DNA of 32,000 bases, from contig AP027131.1 of NCBI GenBank assembly GCA_027925225.1, positions 390,001 through 422,000 of the forward strand, read 5' to 3'. The notes beneath the pieces are model-generated. The model was not told where the DNA came from. It made no database searches and saw only the letters and a program-made list of their open reading frames with translations. Below are positions 1-8,792 of the stretch, one piece after another; position 1 is the stretch's first letter, and every line of letters begins with the position of its first letter. The translations under genes and the position numbers were made by a program. The stretch comes from Candidatus Saccharimonadota bacterium (GTDB lineage: Bacteria; Bacillota_I; Bacilli_A; Mycoplasmatales; Hepatoplasmataceae).

Positions 1-375
1 AGTGTGGGAGATATATATAATGCAAACTTTATTTCAAAAAATGGTAATTATTATACATATGAAATAAATAATTTAAATAAAAAAACTAATTATCAAATCT
101 ATTCAATTATAGATCCGCCTTTTGTTGCATTAACTCCAGATGCTGATCCAACAGATGAAATTTTGATTTCAAGTATAGATAATAACCAGGAAGATTTTAT
201 GTTTGCTACAGAAAAAGGAAATATACTAATTTATACACTTTTATTTTTTATAATATTAATAGTTTTATTATTATTTATTATTTCAATGAACATTTATACA
301 AAATATAAAAAAAAATTAGAAATTAAGAAATTAAATAAAATTGAAAAAGATTTTAGTGAAGAATCTAATTTTTAA
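1..375 (+). CDS. 3' end (C-terminal ~124 aa) of a repeat-family surface protein. The gene starts upstream of the window.
   Basis: Frame 1 is open from base 1 to TAA at 373-375. The tail architecture matches the genes at 27513 and 29829: motif YTYEINNLNKKTNYQIYS (compare YTYEVTNLNDNTDYTFYS), a short stalk, a hydrophobic TM helix (ILIYTLLFFIILIVLLLFIISM), then a Lys-rich tail. Confidence 0.7.
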   Translation, partial: SVGDIYNANFISKNGNYYTYEINNLNKKTNYQIYSIIDPPFVALTPDADPTDEILISSIDNNQEDFMFATEKGNILIYTLLFFIILIVLLLFIISMNIYTKYKKKLEIKKLNKIEKDFSEESNF

Positions 376-415
376 TTTTATTATTATTATTTTCTAAATA
401 AAATAAAAAAAATCT

Positions 416-444
416 TTTACATACATAATGCATTTATATATAAT
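416..444 (+). promoter_or_regulatory. Sigma-70-type promoter for the 5S rRNA gene
   Basis: TTTACA (416-421), a 17-nt spacer, then TATAAT (439-444). The 5S sequence begins at 451, 7 nt after the -10 box. Confidence 0.5.
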
Positions 445-450
445 AATTAT

Positions 451-556
451 GTTGGTGAAGATAACACTAAGGTAACACCTGATTCCATACCGAACTCAGA
501 AGTGAAGATTAGTCGTGCCGAAGGTAGTATAATGCAAGAATAGGTAATTGCCAACT
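451..556 (+). rRNA. rrf: 5S ribosomal RNA
   Basis: The only GC-enriched non-coding island in the window. It contains the universal 5S core CCATACCGAACTCAGAAGTGAAG. The 5' GTTGGTGA pairs with the 3' AATTGCCAAC to form helix I. Length is about 105 nt, typical of mollicute 5S. Confidence 0.9.
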
Positions 557-582
557 AAATATCATTGTTTTACATTGACCAG

Positions 583-612
583 ACCTACATATTTTAGTAT
601 GTAGGTTTTTTT
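583..612 (+). terminator. Rho-independent terminator downstream of 5S rRNA
   Basis: A 9-bp stem (ACCTACATA 583-591 pairs with TATGTAGGT 598-606) with a 6-nt loop, followed by a T run through 612. Confidence 0.7.
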
Positions 613-677
613 ATATCTATTAATTTTTTCTATTCTTCTTAAAAACATATAATTTTAGAAATACACAAAGAATAACT

Positions 678-1211
678 ATGTCTGAAATTGGTATTATAGC
701 AACAGTTTTTGCTTCAATTTTTTTAGCAATTGTAATTATTGAATCATTCTACTTAATAAGAGTATTTGTTTTTAATTATTATCCTTATAAAGTCCCTAAA
801 GAAGAACTTCCCATATTAGAAAAAAAAGAAAAAGAAAAATTAAATCAATATTCAGCAAATCAATATGAAATTTCATACGAAATGGCTGATGTTATTAAAA
901 AATTAAGAAGAAAACATAATCAACTAGAAAACATATCAAATGATCTTAAATTTACAAATAGTTTTGAAATAATAAATAAAAAATTAATAAAAGATTTAAA
1001 AAAAGAGATTGAATTAGAAATAGAAGCAATGAATTCTAAGCGTGAAAATATTTACAAAAATTCTAAAAATAATTTTATGGATAAAAATAAACATTCGCTT
1101 TTTAAAAAAAATAACAAGATATTAGATATTTATAAAGATTTTGAAGAAGACTTAAATAAATATTTAGTAAATATTTATAAAATGGAAGAAGAATTTAAAG
1201 ATATTATTTAA
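678..1211 (+). CDS. Hypothetical membrane-anchored coiled-coil protein (177 aa)
   Basis: ATG-to-TAA ORF. The N-terminus has one hydrophobic helix (IGIIATVFASIFLAIVIIESFYLI); the rest is a K/E-rich predicted coiled coil. I recognise no family. Confidence 0.55.
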   Translation: MSEIGIIATVFASIFLAIVIIESFYLIRVFVFNYYPYKVPKEELPILEKKEKEKLNQYSANQYEISYEMADVIKKLRRKHNQLENISNDLKFTNSFEIINKKLIKDLKKEIELEIEAMNSKRENIYKNSKNNFMDKNKHSLFKKNNKILDIYKDFEEDLNKYLVNIYKMEEEFKDII

Positions 1212-1245
1212 ATATAAACATTGCAATTACTTATATAATTTAATT

Positions 1246-1545
1246 GTGGAAAGAGAAATTCTAAAAAAAATAGAAATTTTAGAAAAAAATGCTCGTCTAA
1301 AATTAAATAAAAAGGAAAAAGAAATTTTTTTAATTGATTATAAATCATTTTTAAATTCTTTAAATGAATTTGAAAAAATAAAACTTGATAACATAGAAGA
1401 AATTGATTTTCCTTTTAAAATTACATCTTCATATTTAAGAGAAGATAAAATATATAAAAATGAAGATACATCTTCATTATTAAATAATTCAAAAAACATA
1501 AAAAATAATTATTTTATTTTAAAAAGAAAAAAAGATGAAAAATAA
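1246..1545 (+). CDS. gatC: Asp/Glu-tRNA amidotransferase subunit C
   Basis: GTG start, 99 aa, immediately upstream of gatA and overlapping it by 11 nt. GatC-like pattern: ARLKLNKKEKE ... L..LNEFEKIKLDNIEE ... YLREDK. Confidence 0.75.
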   Translation: MEREILKKIEILEKNARLKLNKKEKEIFLIDYKSFLNSLNEFEKIKLDNIEEIDFPFKITSSYLREDKIYKNEDTSSLLNNSKNIKNNYFILKRKKDEK

Positions 1546-2827
1546 TCCAAGATTATCCCCACTTAATATTGATAATAAAATAAAAAAAAATAAGGTTCAA
1601 CCTTTAAAAAATATGACTTTTGCTTTAAAAGATAATTTTGCAGTAAGAAATATTCCGACAACAGGTGGTACAAAATTATTAGAAAATTTTAAAATAACAT
1701 ACAATTCTACAGTTTATGAAAAATTAATAAAGGCAGGAGCAAAACCAATAACAAAAGCAAATTTAGATGAATTAGCAATGGGTTTTTCGGGACTCACTTC
1801 TGGTTTTGGAGTTGTTTTAAATCCATATGATGGAAGCAAAATTATAGGGGGTTCATCTTCGGGATCTGCTTATCTAATTGCAAATAAAGAGGTAGATTTT
1901 TCAATAGGTTCTGATACAGGAGATTCTGTAAGAAAACCTGCTTGATATGTTGGAATTACTGCATTTAAACCAACATGAGGAATAGTATCTAGATATGGTT
2001 TATTTGACTTTTCTCCTTCTTGAGATACTGTTGGTTGATTTAGTAAGAATGTAGATGATTCTGCATTATTGCTTGATGTTCTTCAAGGAAAAGATGAAAA
2101 AGATTTTACATCATTAAATTCTAGGGAAAAAGATTTTTTAAAGGATATTAATAATATAAAAAAAGAAGATGTAAAACTAGGTTATATTAAATCTTTTTTA
2201 GATGACATAAAGGATAAAGATATATTAAATAAATTTAATGATTTAATATTAAAATTAAAAAAAGATGGATTTAATATAGTAGAAATTGATTTAGATTTAA
2301 AACTTTTTAAAACAATACTTACTGTTTATCGTATTATTTCTTCTGTAAATGGATTTTCTTCTAATTCAAATTTAACAAGTTTTTTATTTGGAAATTTTGA
2401 ATTAGAAAATGATGAATTTAAAAATGAAATTACAAGAATAAGAAGTAATTTTGTTTATGAAGTGAAAAAAAGATTTTTACTTTCAAGTGAGGTTTTTTTA
2501 AATAAAAAAAATCTTTATAATAAAGCAAGAAAAATTAGACATCTTTATATAAATGCTTTAAGTGATCTTTTTGCAAAAATAGACGCAATAATAATGCCTC
2601 CTGCAGGAAATTACGCCCCATCCATAAAAGATGCTTTTAATGCAGTAAAATATAATTCTATAATGGATGAATATCTTGGAATATTTAATGCCAATGGTTC
2701 TCCCTCTTTAAATATTCCAATTTTAAAAAATATAGAAAAACCTTTTTCAGTAAACATTGCAACAGCACCTTTTAATGATAAAAAATGCTTACAGATAGGA
2801 AAATTATTAGAAAAATATGAGAGATAA
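1535..2827 (+). CDS. gatA: Asp/Glu-tRNA amidotransferase subunit A (amidase family)
   Basis: ORFs 1535..1945 and 2069..2827 are in the same frame and are joined by four in-frame TGA (Trp) codons. Amidase signature GGSSSGSA, KDNF and GSDTGDSVRKPA are present. The gene overlaps gatB by 11 nt. Confidence 0.9.
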
Positions 2828-4340
2828 AAACATATCAGAAAAATATGAGTTTTTTGTAGGCCTTGAAATACATATGGCTTTAAAAACAAAAACAAAAGCT
2901 TTTTCTCCCACAGCAAATACTTTTAATGAAAAAGCAAACACTATTATTAATGAAATAGATTTAGGTTATCCCGGAACAAAACCTTTAGTAAATAAAGAAA
3001 TGGTAAGACTTGCATATTATGCATGTAAATTGTTAAATATGAAAATTGCAAAAACAATTATTTTTGATAGAAAAAATTATTTTTATCCAGATCTTTCAAA
3101 AGGTTATCAAATTACACAATTTTATTATCCCTTAGGAGAAAATGGTTATTTTGAAATTCTAAAAAAAGATAATGATTTCAAAAAAATAAAAATAAATAGA
3201 ATTCATATGGAAGAAGATACTGCGAAACAAATAATAAAGGACAATTTAATTGAATTTGATTTTAATCGTTCAGGTATTCCGCTAATTGAATTAGTTACTG
3301 ACTTTACTTCTTTTTCTTCTCTCGATGAGGTAATATTATTTTTAGAGCAGCTAAGAGAAGAAATGCTTATAAATGAAATTTGTTCGGGTGATTTATATAA
3401 AGGCGATTTTAGAATTGATTTAAATGTTTCAATTAAAAAAATAGAGGAAAAAAAATATAATAATAAAGTAGAAATAAAAAATCTTAATTCTTTTAAAAAT
3501 GTAAAAATAGCAATAGTTAAAGAAATAAAGGAGCAAATAATGGCTTTAGAAAAAAATCAATTAATAGAAGAAGTTACTAAAAATTTTGATGAAAAAACTC
3601 AAAATAATTTAATTATGAGAGAAAAGGATCAAGAGTATCACTATAACTTTATTACCGAAACAAACATTTTACCAATAACTATTGGAAGTGATTTTTTAAA
3701 AGAAATAGAATCTCATAAATTATTTGTTTTAAAAGAAATAAAGAAAAATTTTATAAAAAATGAAATTCCAAAAACACAATCTAAGGTAATACTTTCATCA
3801 ACTATACTTTTTCAGTTATATTCTTATTATGTTGATAAATATACTAAAAAAGAAGATTTAAAAAAAATAATATCTTTTCTTGCAACAAGATTTCAGGAAG
3901 CATTAAAAAGTAATCTTTCTTTAAAAAATTTAGCATCAGATTCTATAACAATAAGAATTCAAGAAACATTAAAAAGCAATGATATAACTTATAAAAATAT
4001 TAATAAAGAATTATTACTTTATATTATTAAACTATTTTATTCGGGAAAAATAAATGGAATTGAAATAAAAGATGTTCTTAATAAATTATTAAGTAATGAT
4101 AAAAATATTAAAAAAATAATTTCTAATTTTGAAAAAAAAGAAGTAATTTCTAAAGAAGAAATAAAAAGTGCACTTATTCAATTCATAAATGAAAATTTAA
4201 ATGAATATAATAAATATGCAACAAACAAAACAAAATTAGAAGGTTTTTTAATTGGAAGAATAATAAATATGCTTAAAAACCAAGCCGATCCAAGAACAAT
4301 AAAAGAGGTTGTAGAAAAATATATTAAAAACTTAGATTAA
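2817..4340 (+). CDS. gatB: Asp/Glu-tRNA amidotransferase subunit B
   Basis: 507-aa ORF. The N-terminus YEFFVGLEIHMALKTKTKAFSP, plus DLGYPGTKP, YFYPDLSKGYQITQ and HMEEDTAK, are classic GatB motifs. Confidence 0.93.
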   Translation: MRDKNISEKYEFFVGLEIHMALKTKTKAFSPTANTFNEKANTIINEIDLGYPGTKPLVNKEMVRLAYYACKLLNMKIAKTIIFDRKNYFYPDLSKGYQITQFYYPLGENGYFEILKKDNDFKKIKINRIHMEEDTAKQIIKDNLIEFDFNRSGIPLIELVTDFTSFSSLDEVILFLEQLREEMLINEICSGDLYKGDFRIDLNVSIKKIEEKKYNNKVEIKNLNSFKNVKIAIVKEIKEQIMALEKNQLIEEVTKNFDEKTQNNLIMREKDQEYHYNFITETNILPITIGSDFLKEIESHKLFVLKEIKKNFIKNEIPKTQSKVILSSTILFQLYSYYVDKYTKKEDLKKIISFLATRFQEALKSNLSLKNLASDSITIRIQETLKSNDITYKNINKELLLYIIKLFYSGKINGIEIKDVLNKLLSNDKNIKKIISNFEKKEVISKEEIKSALIQFINENLNEYNKYATNKTKLEGFLIGRIINMLKNQADPRTIKEVVEKYIKNLD

Positions 4341-4572
4341 ATATTTATGCATTTTTTTAATATAATTTATAATAAAAAGCTTAAAAATGAAAAAGTGAAA
4401 AATAATTTTTTTAGCATTTTTGTTATTTTTTAGTTATCTTTTCTTATTTTTTTATGATTGAGGGATTTATTTAAGTTTAATTTTACTAATTATTTTTCTT
4501 ATTTTTCCTTTTATTAAAATAGGAGGAAAAATTAATTTAAATTATTTAAATAATTTTAAAGAAAAACAAAAA

Positions 4573-5715
4573 ATGAAAAAATATAAAAATTTTGTTCCAG
4601 AAAAAGATGCAACAATTGCAATCTGTTTATCAGGAGGAGTAGATTCCTCTGTTTCAGCTTATCTTTTAAAAAAACAAGGATATAAATTAAAAGCATTTTT
4701 TATGAGAAATTGAGATTCAACTTTAAATAATGAAGAAAATCTTAATTTAAATGAAAATGAAATTTGCGAACAAGAAAAAGATTATAATGATGCAAAAAAA
4801 GTAGCAGATCAACTTGGAATAGAATTAATAAAATTAAATTTTGTTAATGAATATTGAGATTTTGTTTTTAAAAGATTTTTAAATGAATTAGAAGAAGGGC
4901 TTACCCCAAATCCAGATATTTTTTGTAATAAATATATAAAGTTTGATCACTTTGTAAAATATATATCAAAAAATTTTCCAGAAATTGATTATATAGCAAC
5001 AGGACATTATGCAAAAATAAAAATAAAAGAAGGGAAAGCATATCTTTTTAAGGCAAAAGATGAAATAAAAGATCAAACCTATTTTCTTTCTGAAATTAAT
5101 AAAGATGTTTTAAATAAGCTTTTTTTTCCACTTGCAAATAAAATGAAATCTGAAGTTAGAAGTATTGCAAAAGAAGCAAATCTTTATACAAAAGATAAAA
5201 AAGATTCTACAGGAATTTGTTTCATTGGCAAAAGAAATTTTTCTTCATTTATAGAAAATTATTTTAAAAAAGAGGAAGGAAATATAATTGATGAAAAGTC
5301 AAATAAAATTATTGGAAAACATCAAGGAGTAAAATTTTATACCATAGGACAAAGAAGAGGATTAGGACTCTCTGGTTTTAATGAACCATATTTTGTTTCA
5401 AATAAAAATATTAAAAATAATATTTTATATGTTTCTTATGATACTGAAAAATATTTATATAAAAATAAATTAAAAACAAATAATTTTAAATTTTTAACAG
5501 AAGAAGATATTCTAAGCAAAAATAAGCAAGTTAGAATAAAAACAAGACATTCAGAAATAATTTATAATGGAATTATTAAATCCATTGAAAAGAAAGACGA
5601 TCTTTTTATGATTAATTTAGAAACCAAAGAAAAAATAAAAGCAATAACTCCAGGACAAGAAGTTGTAATTTATGATCATGAATTATGTGTCGGTGGTGGT
5701 CAGATTGCAAATTAA
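4573..5715 (+). CDS. mnmA: tRNA-specific 2-thiouridylase MnmA. An in-frame upstream extension back to ATG 4387 is possible.
   Basis: Read with TGA=Trp: PP-loop SGGVDSSV, NPDIFCNKYIKF, ATGHYA, KDQTYFL and DSTGICFIGKRNF. From ATG 4573 the product is 380 aa, a typical size. The frame has no stop back to ATG 4387. Confidence 0.88.
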
Positions 5716-6649
5716 TTACAAATGAAAAAATATATTATTAACATCACTATTTTTACTTTTTTTTATCACTTTCTTTTTAGTTGCTGGATTTAACTTAGCA
5801 GGAAAAGATATTTTAAAAACAAAACACAATATTGCTGCTGTATATTTTATATTTGTAGGATTTTATTTTTTGGTATCAGAAATACTTTTTCTTTGAGAAA
5901 AAAGAGATTATAAAATTGTTTTTCTAAAATCTTCTCTTATTTTTTTTATAATCTCTCTTTTATATTCAATTTTATCTATTCCTATTTATTTAATAATTAA
6001 TGAAATAAAATTAAATGCATCTTTAACAACAAATGATTATATTTTTTCTTCTATTGAATTAATTTTATTATTAATTTTAACTATTTATTTAACAATAAAA
6101 TATAGCTATCTAATTTATGCTATTTCAATGAAAGAAGATTTAAGAGATGAATTTATTAACAGATATGCATGAACATTATTTTTATATAATTTAAAAATTA
6201 AAAAAGAAAATAATTTTTTAATTATAAAAAAAAATAAAAAACTTTTTATTTTAGAATTTTTTTCAAATCAAGAAGATAATCTATTAATTCAATTTGAAGA
6301 TGAAAGAATTGTAGTTAAAAATAAAGAGGAAATAAAAAATAATGAAAAAACTTTAAAATTAAAGGAAGAAGACAGTTTGAAGAAAGAAGACAGTTTGAAG
6401 AAAGAAGACAGTTTGAAGAAAGAAGAAAAAGAAGAAATAAAAAAAGAAGAAATATTGCCAAATAAATTCGCAAAGAAAATATTAAAATTTTTTGATGAAA
6501 ATAAAAATAAAGAAAAAAATGTTTATATTTTAAATGTTTTTAATGAATTTTCAAATATAACTGTTAGAGGAAATATTCCGGAATGATATTATTGAAATGA
6601 AAAAAAAATTATAATTAAATATATAAAGAAATTAGTGAAGGTTAAATAA
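5672..6649 (+). CDS. Hypothetical multi-pass membrane protein with a soluble K/E-rich C-terminal part. The start is uncertain.
   Basis: Frame 2 is open from 5669 to TAA 6647-6649 with TGA=Trp. The first in-frame ATG is 5672, which overlaps the mnmA 3' end. About four hydrophobic helices are followed by an (EDSLKK)x3 repeat. An alternative ATG at 5722 lies in another frame (see findings). Confidence 0.5.
6367..6420 (+). repeat. Perfect 18-bp tandem repeat x3 (GAAGACAGTTTGAAGAAA) inside a CDS
   Basis: Three identical head-to-tail units at 6367-6384, 6385-6402 and 6403-6420, encoding EDSLKK x3. Confidence 0.95.
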
Positions 6650-6650
6650 A

Positions 6651-7481
6651 ATGAAATTTGATAATAAAAAAGAAATTAAAATAGTTTTTCTTGATATCGA
6701 TAATACATTAACAACAGAAAAAAATAAATTTGTTGTTTCTCTTGAAAATAAACTTGCTATTAAAGATATTCAAAGAAAAAAAATTTATGTTATTTTAGCA
6801 AGCGGTAGAAACAGAGATGATGTAAAAATAATTTGAAATCAAATTCATTTAAATGAATTCTCAAAATACATCATTTATGCAAATGGTGCCGGAATCGAAG
6901 ATTTGATTGAAAATAAAAAAATTTCTTCAAATAGAATAGATAATGGAACATATGATAAATTAATTGACTATTGTTTAAAAAATAATTTTTTATTTATTCT
7001 TTCTGGAAATGAAATTATATGAGGAAAACGTTCTTTAAGTTCTTTAGAAAAATTATTTTTTAAATTTTTTAATAGAAAATATAAAAAATTTGATAAAGAT
7101 TTTAAAATTGAATATACAACTGATAAATTTGGTATTTTTATGTCTTTAAACAAAAAGAAAACAATAGAAGAAATGGAAAAAATGAGAGAAAAATTTCCAA
7201 ACTTAGAAATAACAACTTCAACAAAAGGTCTTTATGTTGAAATAACAAATGAAAATGTAAATAAAGCAGAGGCTGCAAAAGTTGTTTTAGATATTTTAAA
7301 AATAAAAAAAGAATCTGCAATGGCAATTGGAGATTCAATGAATGATTATAAATTATTAAAACTTGTTGGTACATCTATTGTTGTAAAAAACGGAGAAAAA
7401 GAATTAAAAGAAATTGCAGATTATGAAACACTAGCAGCAAAAGATAATGGAGTAATGAGAATTTTAAAAGAAATTAATTAA
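6651..7481 (+). CDS. HAD-superfamily hydrolase, Cof-type (subfamily IIB) phosphatase
   Basis: ORFs 6651..6836 and 7140..7481 are in one frame and are joined through two TGA codons. Motif I is FLDIDNTL, motif II is ASGR, motif IV is GDSMND, and a cap domain lies between them. Confidence 0.8.
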
Positions 7482-8227
7482 TCAATTATTGGATTTGTTT
7501 TTTCATTAAACTCATCACCATTAACAACATCTTCTTTTATATCTTCTTTTTTATTTACAGAACTTCAAATTCATTCACCATAATTTGGATGCCCAGGTAA
7601 TAAACCTGATCATCTTGCCCTTTCTCTCTTTAAATCAAAATTTCAAATAAAAGGTCTTTTTTGAATAATATTTGTTTTTTCATCCATAAGTTTTGCACTT
7701 ATTGTTAATCTTTTGCTATCTAAATTAACAATTATAAAATCAATTATAAAATCATATTTAAAGTGATTTCCTTTTTCATTTTGAAGCTCAACAGAAACTC
7801 AAAGATCTGAAAATATAGAAAACCTCTTTTTTCATCTTATTTGAATATTTTCATTTTGAATATAACTATCTACCTCTACAATTCTTCCAAATATTTGATT
7901 TTCATCTATTTTAAATGTTTTTGGACGCATTAATTTTGTTTCTATTAAATGATCTCCTCAAAATTTACCAAATATTTTTTTTATAAAATGTCTTTTAATT
8001 ATAGGTTCTGCTATTATAATAGCTAAAATTAAAACAATAATTACAAATGTTATACTTTCAATTATTATTTCAATTAAATCTTGAAATTTAAAAACAACCC
8101 CTATCAAAACAAGAATTGTAAAAACAGCAAGCAAAAAATGTAAAAATACAAGAAGTCTTTGCATAAATTTATAAATTGGTGAATATTTTACTATAATGTC
8201 TTGTTTTCCTAATTTTTTATATTTCAT
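7478..8227 (-). CDS. Hypothetical membrane protein (249 aa): two N-terminal TM helices plus a ~160-aa Trp-rich C-terminal domain
   Basis: ORF 7958..8227(-) continues through seven in-frame TGA codons to TAA at 7478-7480. I translated this by hand and found no TAA or TAG. It overlaps the convergent HAD gene stop by 4 nt. Confidence 0.6.
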
Positions 8228-8231
8228 TTTT

Positions 8232-8678
8232 TTAAATTAATAAAACCAGCAACAATGCAATTAATATTAATAAAATAAATCCAAAAATAATAGAAAAAAT
8301 TCAAATATTTTTTAAAATTCTTTTTTCTTTAAAAATAAATTTTTCACTTGGGTATTTTTCTTTTAAATCCGCAAGAACCATATCAATTGATTCTCAATCT
8401 CAAGATGATTTATTAATCTTTAAAGGCGTTCATTTTATAACACCGTCATCTCCAATTTTTAATCAATCAGCTTTATCCTTTTTTTGCACTAAAAACTTTG
8501 TATTTAAAAATAAATTTTTTCTTCTATTGTAAAAATCAATAATTTCATTTTTTGTTTCGAAGGGTTTTCCATCAACTACATAAAAATTAATAGACAGTTC
8601 ATTTAACATGTCATTTATATTTTCAATAGTTATTTCATTTTCATTTTCATGAAAATAATTTAAATTATTATCATCCAT
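8232..8678 (-). CDS. Hypothetical protein (148 aa) with a C-terminal TM anchor
   Basis: ORF 8463..8678(-) continues through TGA codons to TAA at 8232-8234. An AGGA Shine-Dalgarno-like sequence lies 8 nt before the ATG. The C-terminal hydrophobic segment is IWIFSIIFGFILLILIALLLVLLI. The next gene starts 4 nt downstream, which suggests an operon. Confidence 0.55.
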
Positions 8679-8749
8679 ATATTTCCTATCTTAAAGTATG
8701 TGCCTTTATAAAAAGTATATAAACTTTTAAAATAAGATAAAAATTAATC

Positions 8750-8758
8750 ATTATAACA
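8750..8758 (-). promoter_or_regulatory. Candidate extended -10 promoter (TGTTATAAT) for the minus-strand two-gene operon
   Basis: The reverse complement of 8750-8758 reads TGTTATAAT (TGnTATAAT consensus). It lies about 70 nt upstream of ATG 8678, in the region divergent from alaS. Chance TATAAT matches are common in such AT-rich DNA. Confidence 0.3.
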
Positions 8759-8792
8759 AAATGAGAAAATTATAAATTATAATTCATTTAGT

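Noticed and set aside
1535-2827. Reading the many short same-frame ORF fragments (gatA, alaS, ftsZ, dinB and others) as widespread pseudogenisation.
   Set aside because: All breaks are TGA only, never TAA or TAG. Conserved motifs continue in frame across them. This is the table 4 genetic code rather than gene decay. comEC is the only true frame break I found.
2611-2916. Antisense ORFs in the track: 2611..2916, 6968..7153, 7138..7374, 8777..8986, 10200..10460, 12399..12617, 12933..13124, 13018..13230, 18441..18656, 18942..19163, 20153..20497, 21092..21310 and 25339..25578, all on the minus strand.
   Set aside because: Each lies entirely opposite a well-supported plus-strand gene (gatA/gatB, HAD, alaS, udk, ftsZ and others). 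Their translations are Phe/Leu/Ile/Lys-rich, as expected for the reverse complement of AAA/GAA-rich coding DNA, and none has motifs. They are shadow ORFs.
8679-8792. A possible T-box or other leader upstream of alaS.
   Set aside because: Only about 114 nt are available, and they are shared with a divergent promoter region. I could find no specifier-loop or T-box (AGGGUGGNACC-like) sequence, and the region is almost GC-free.
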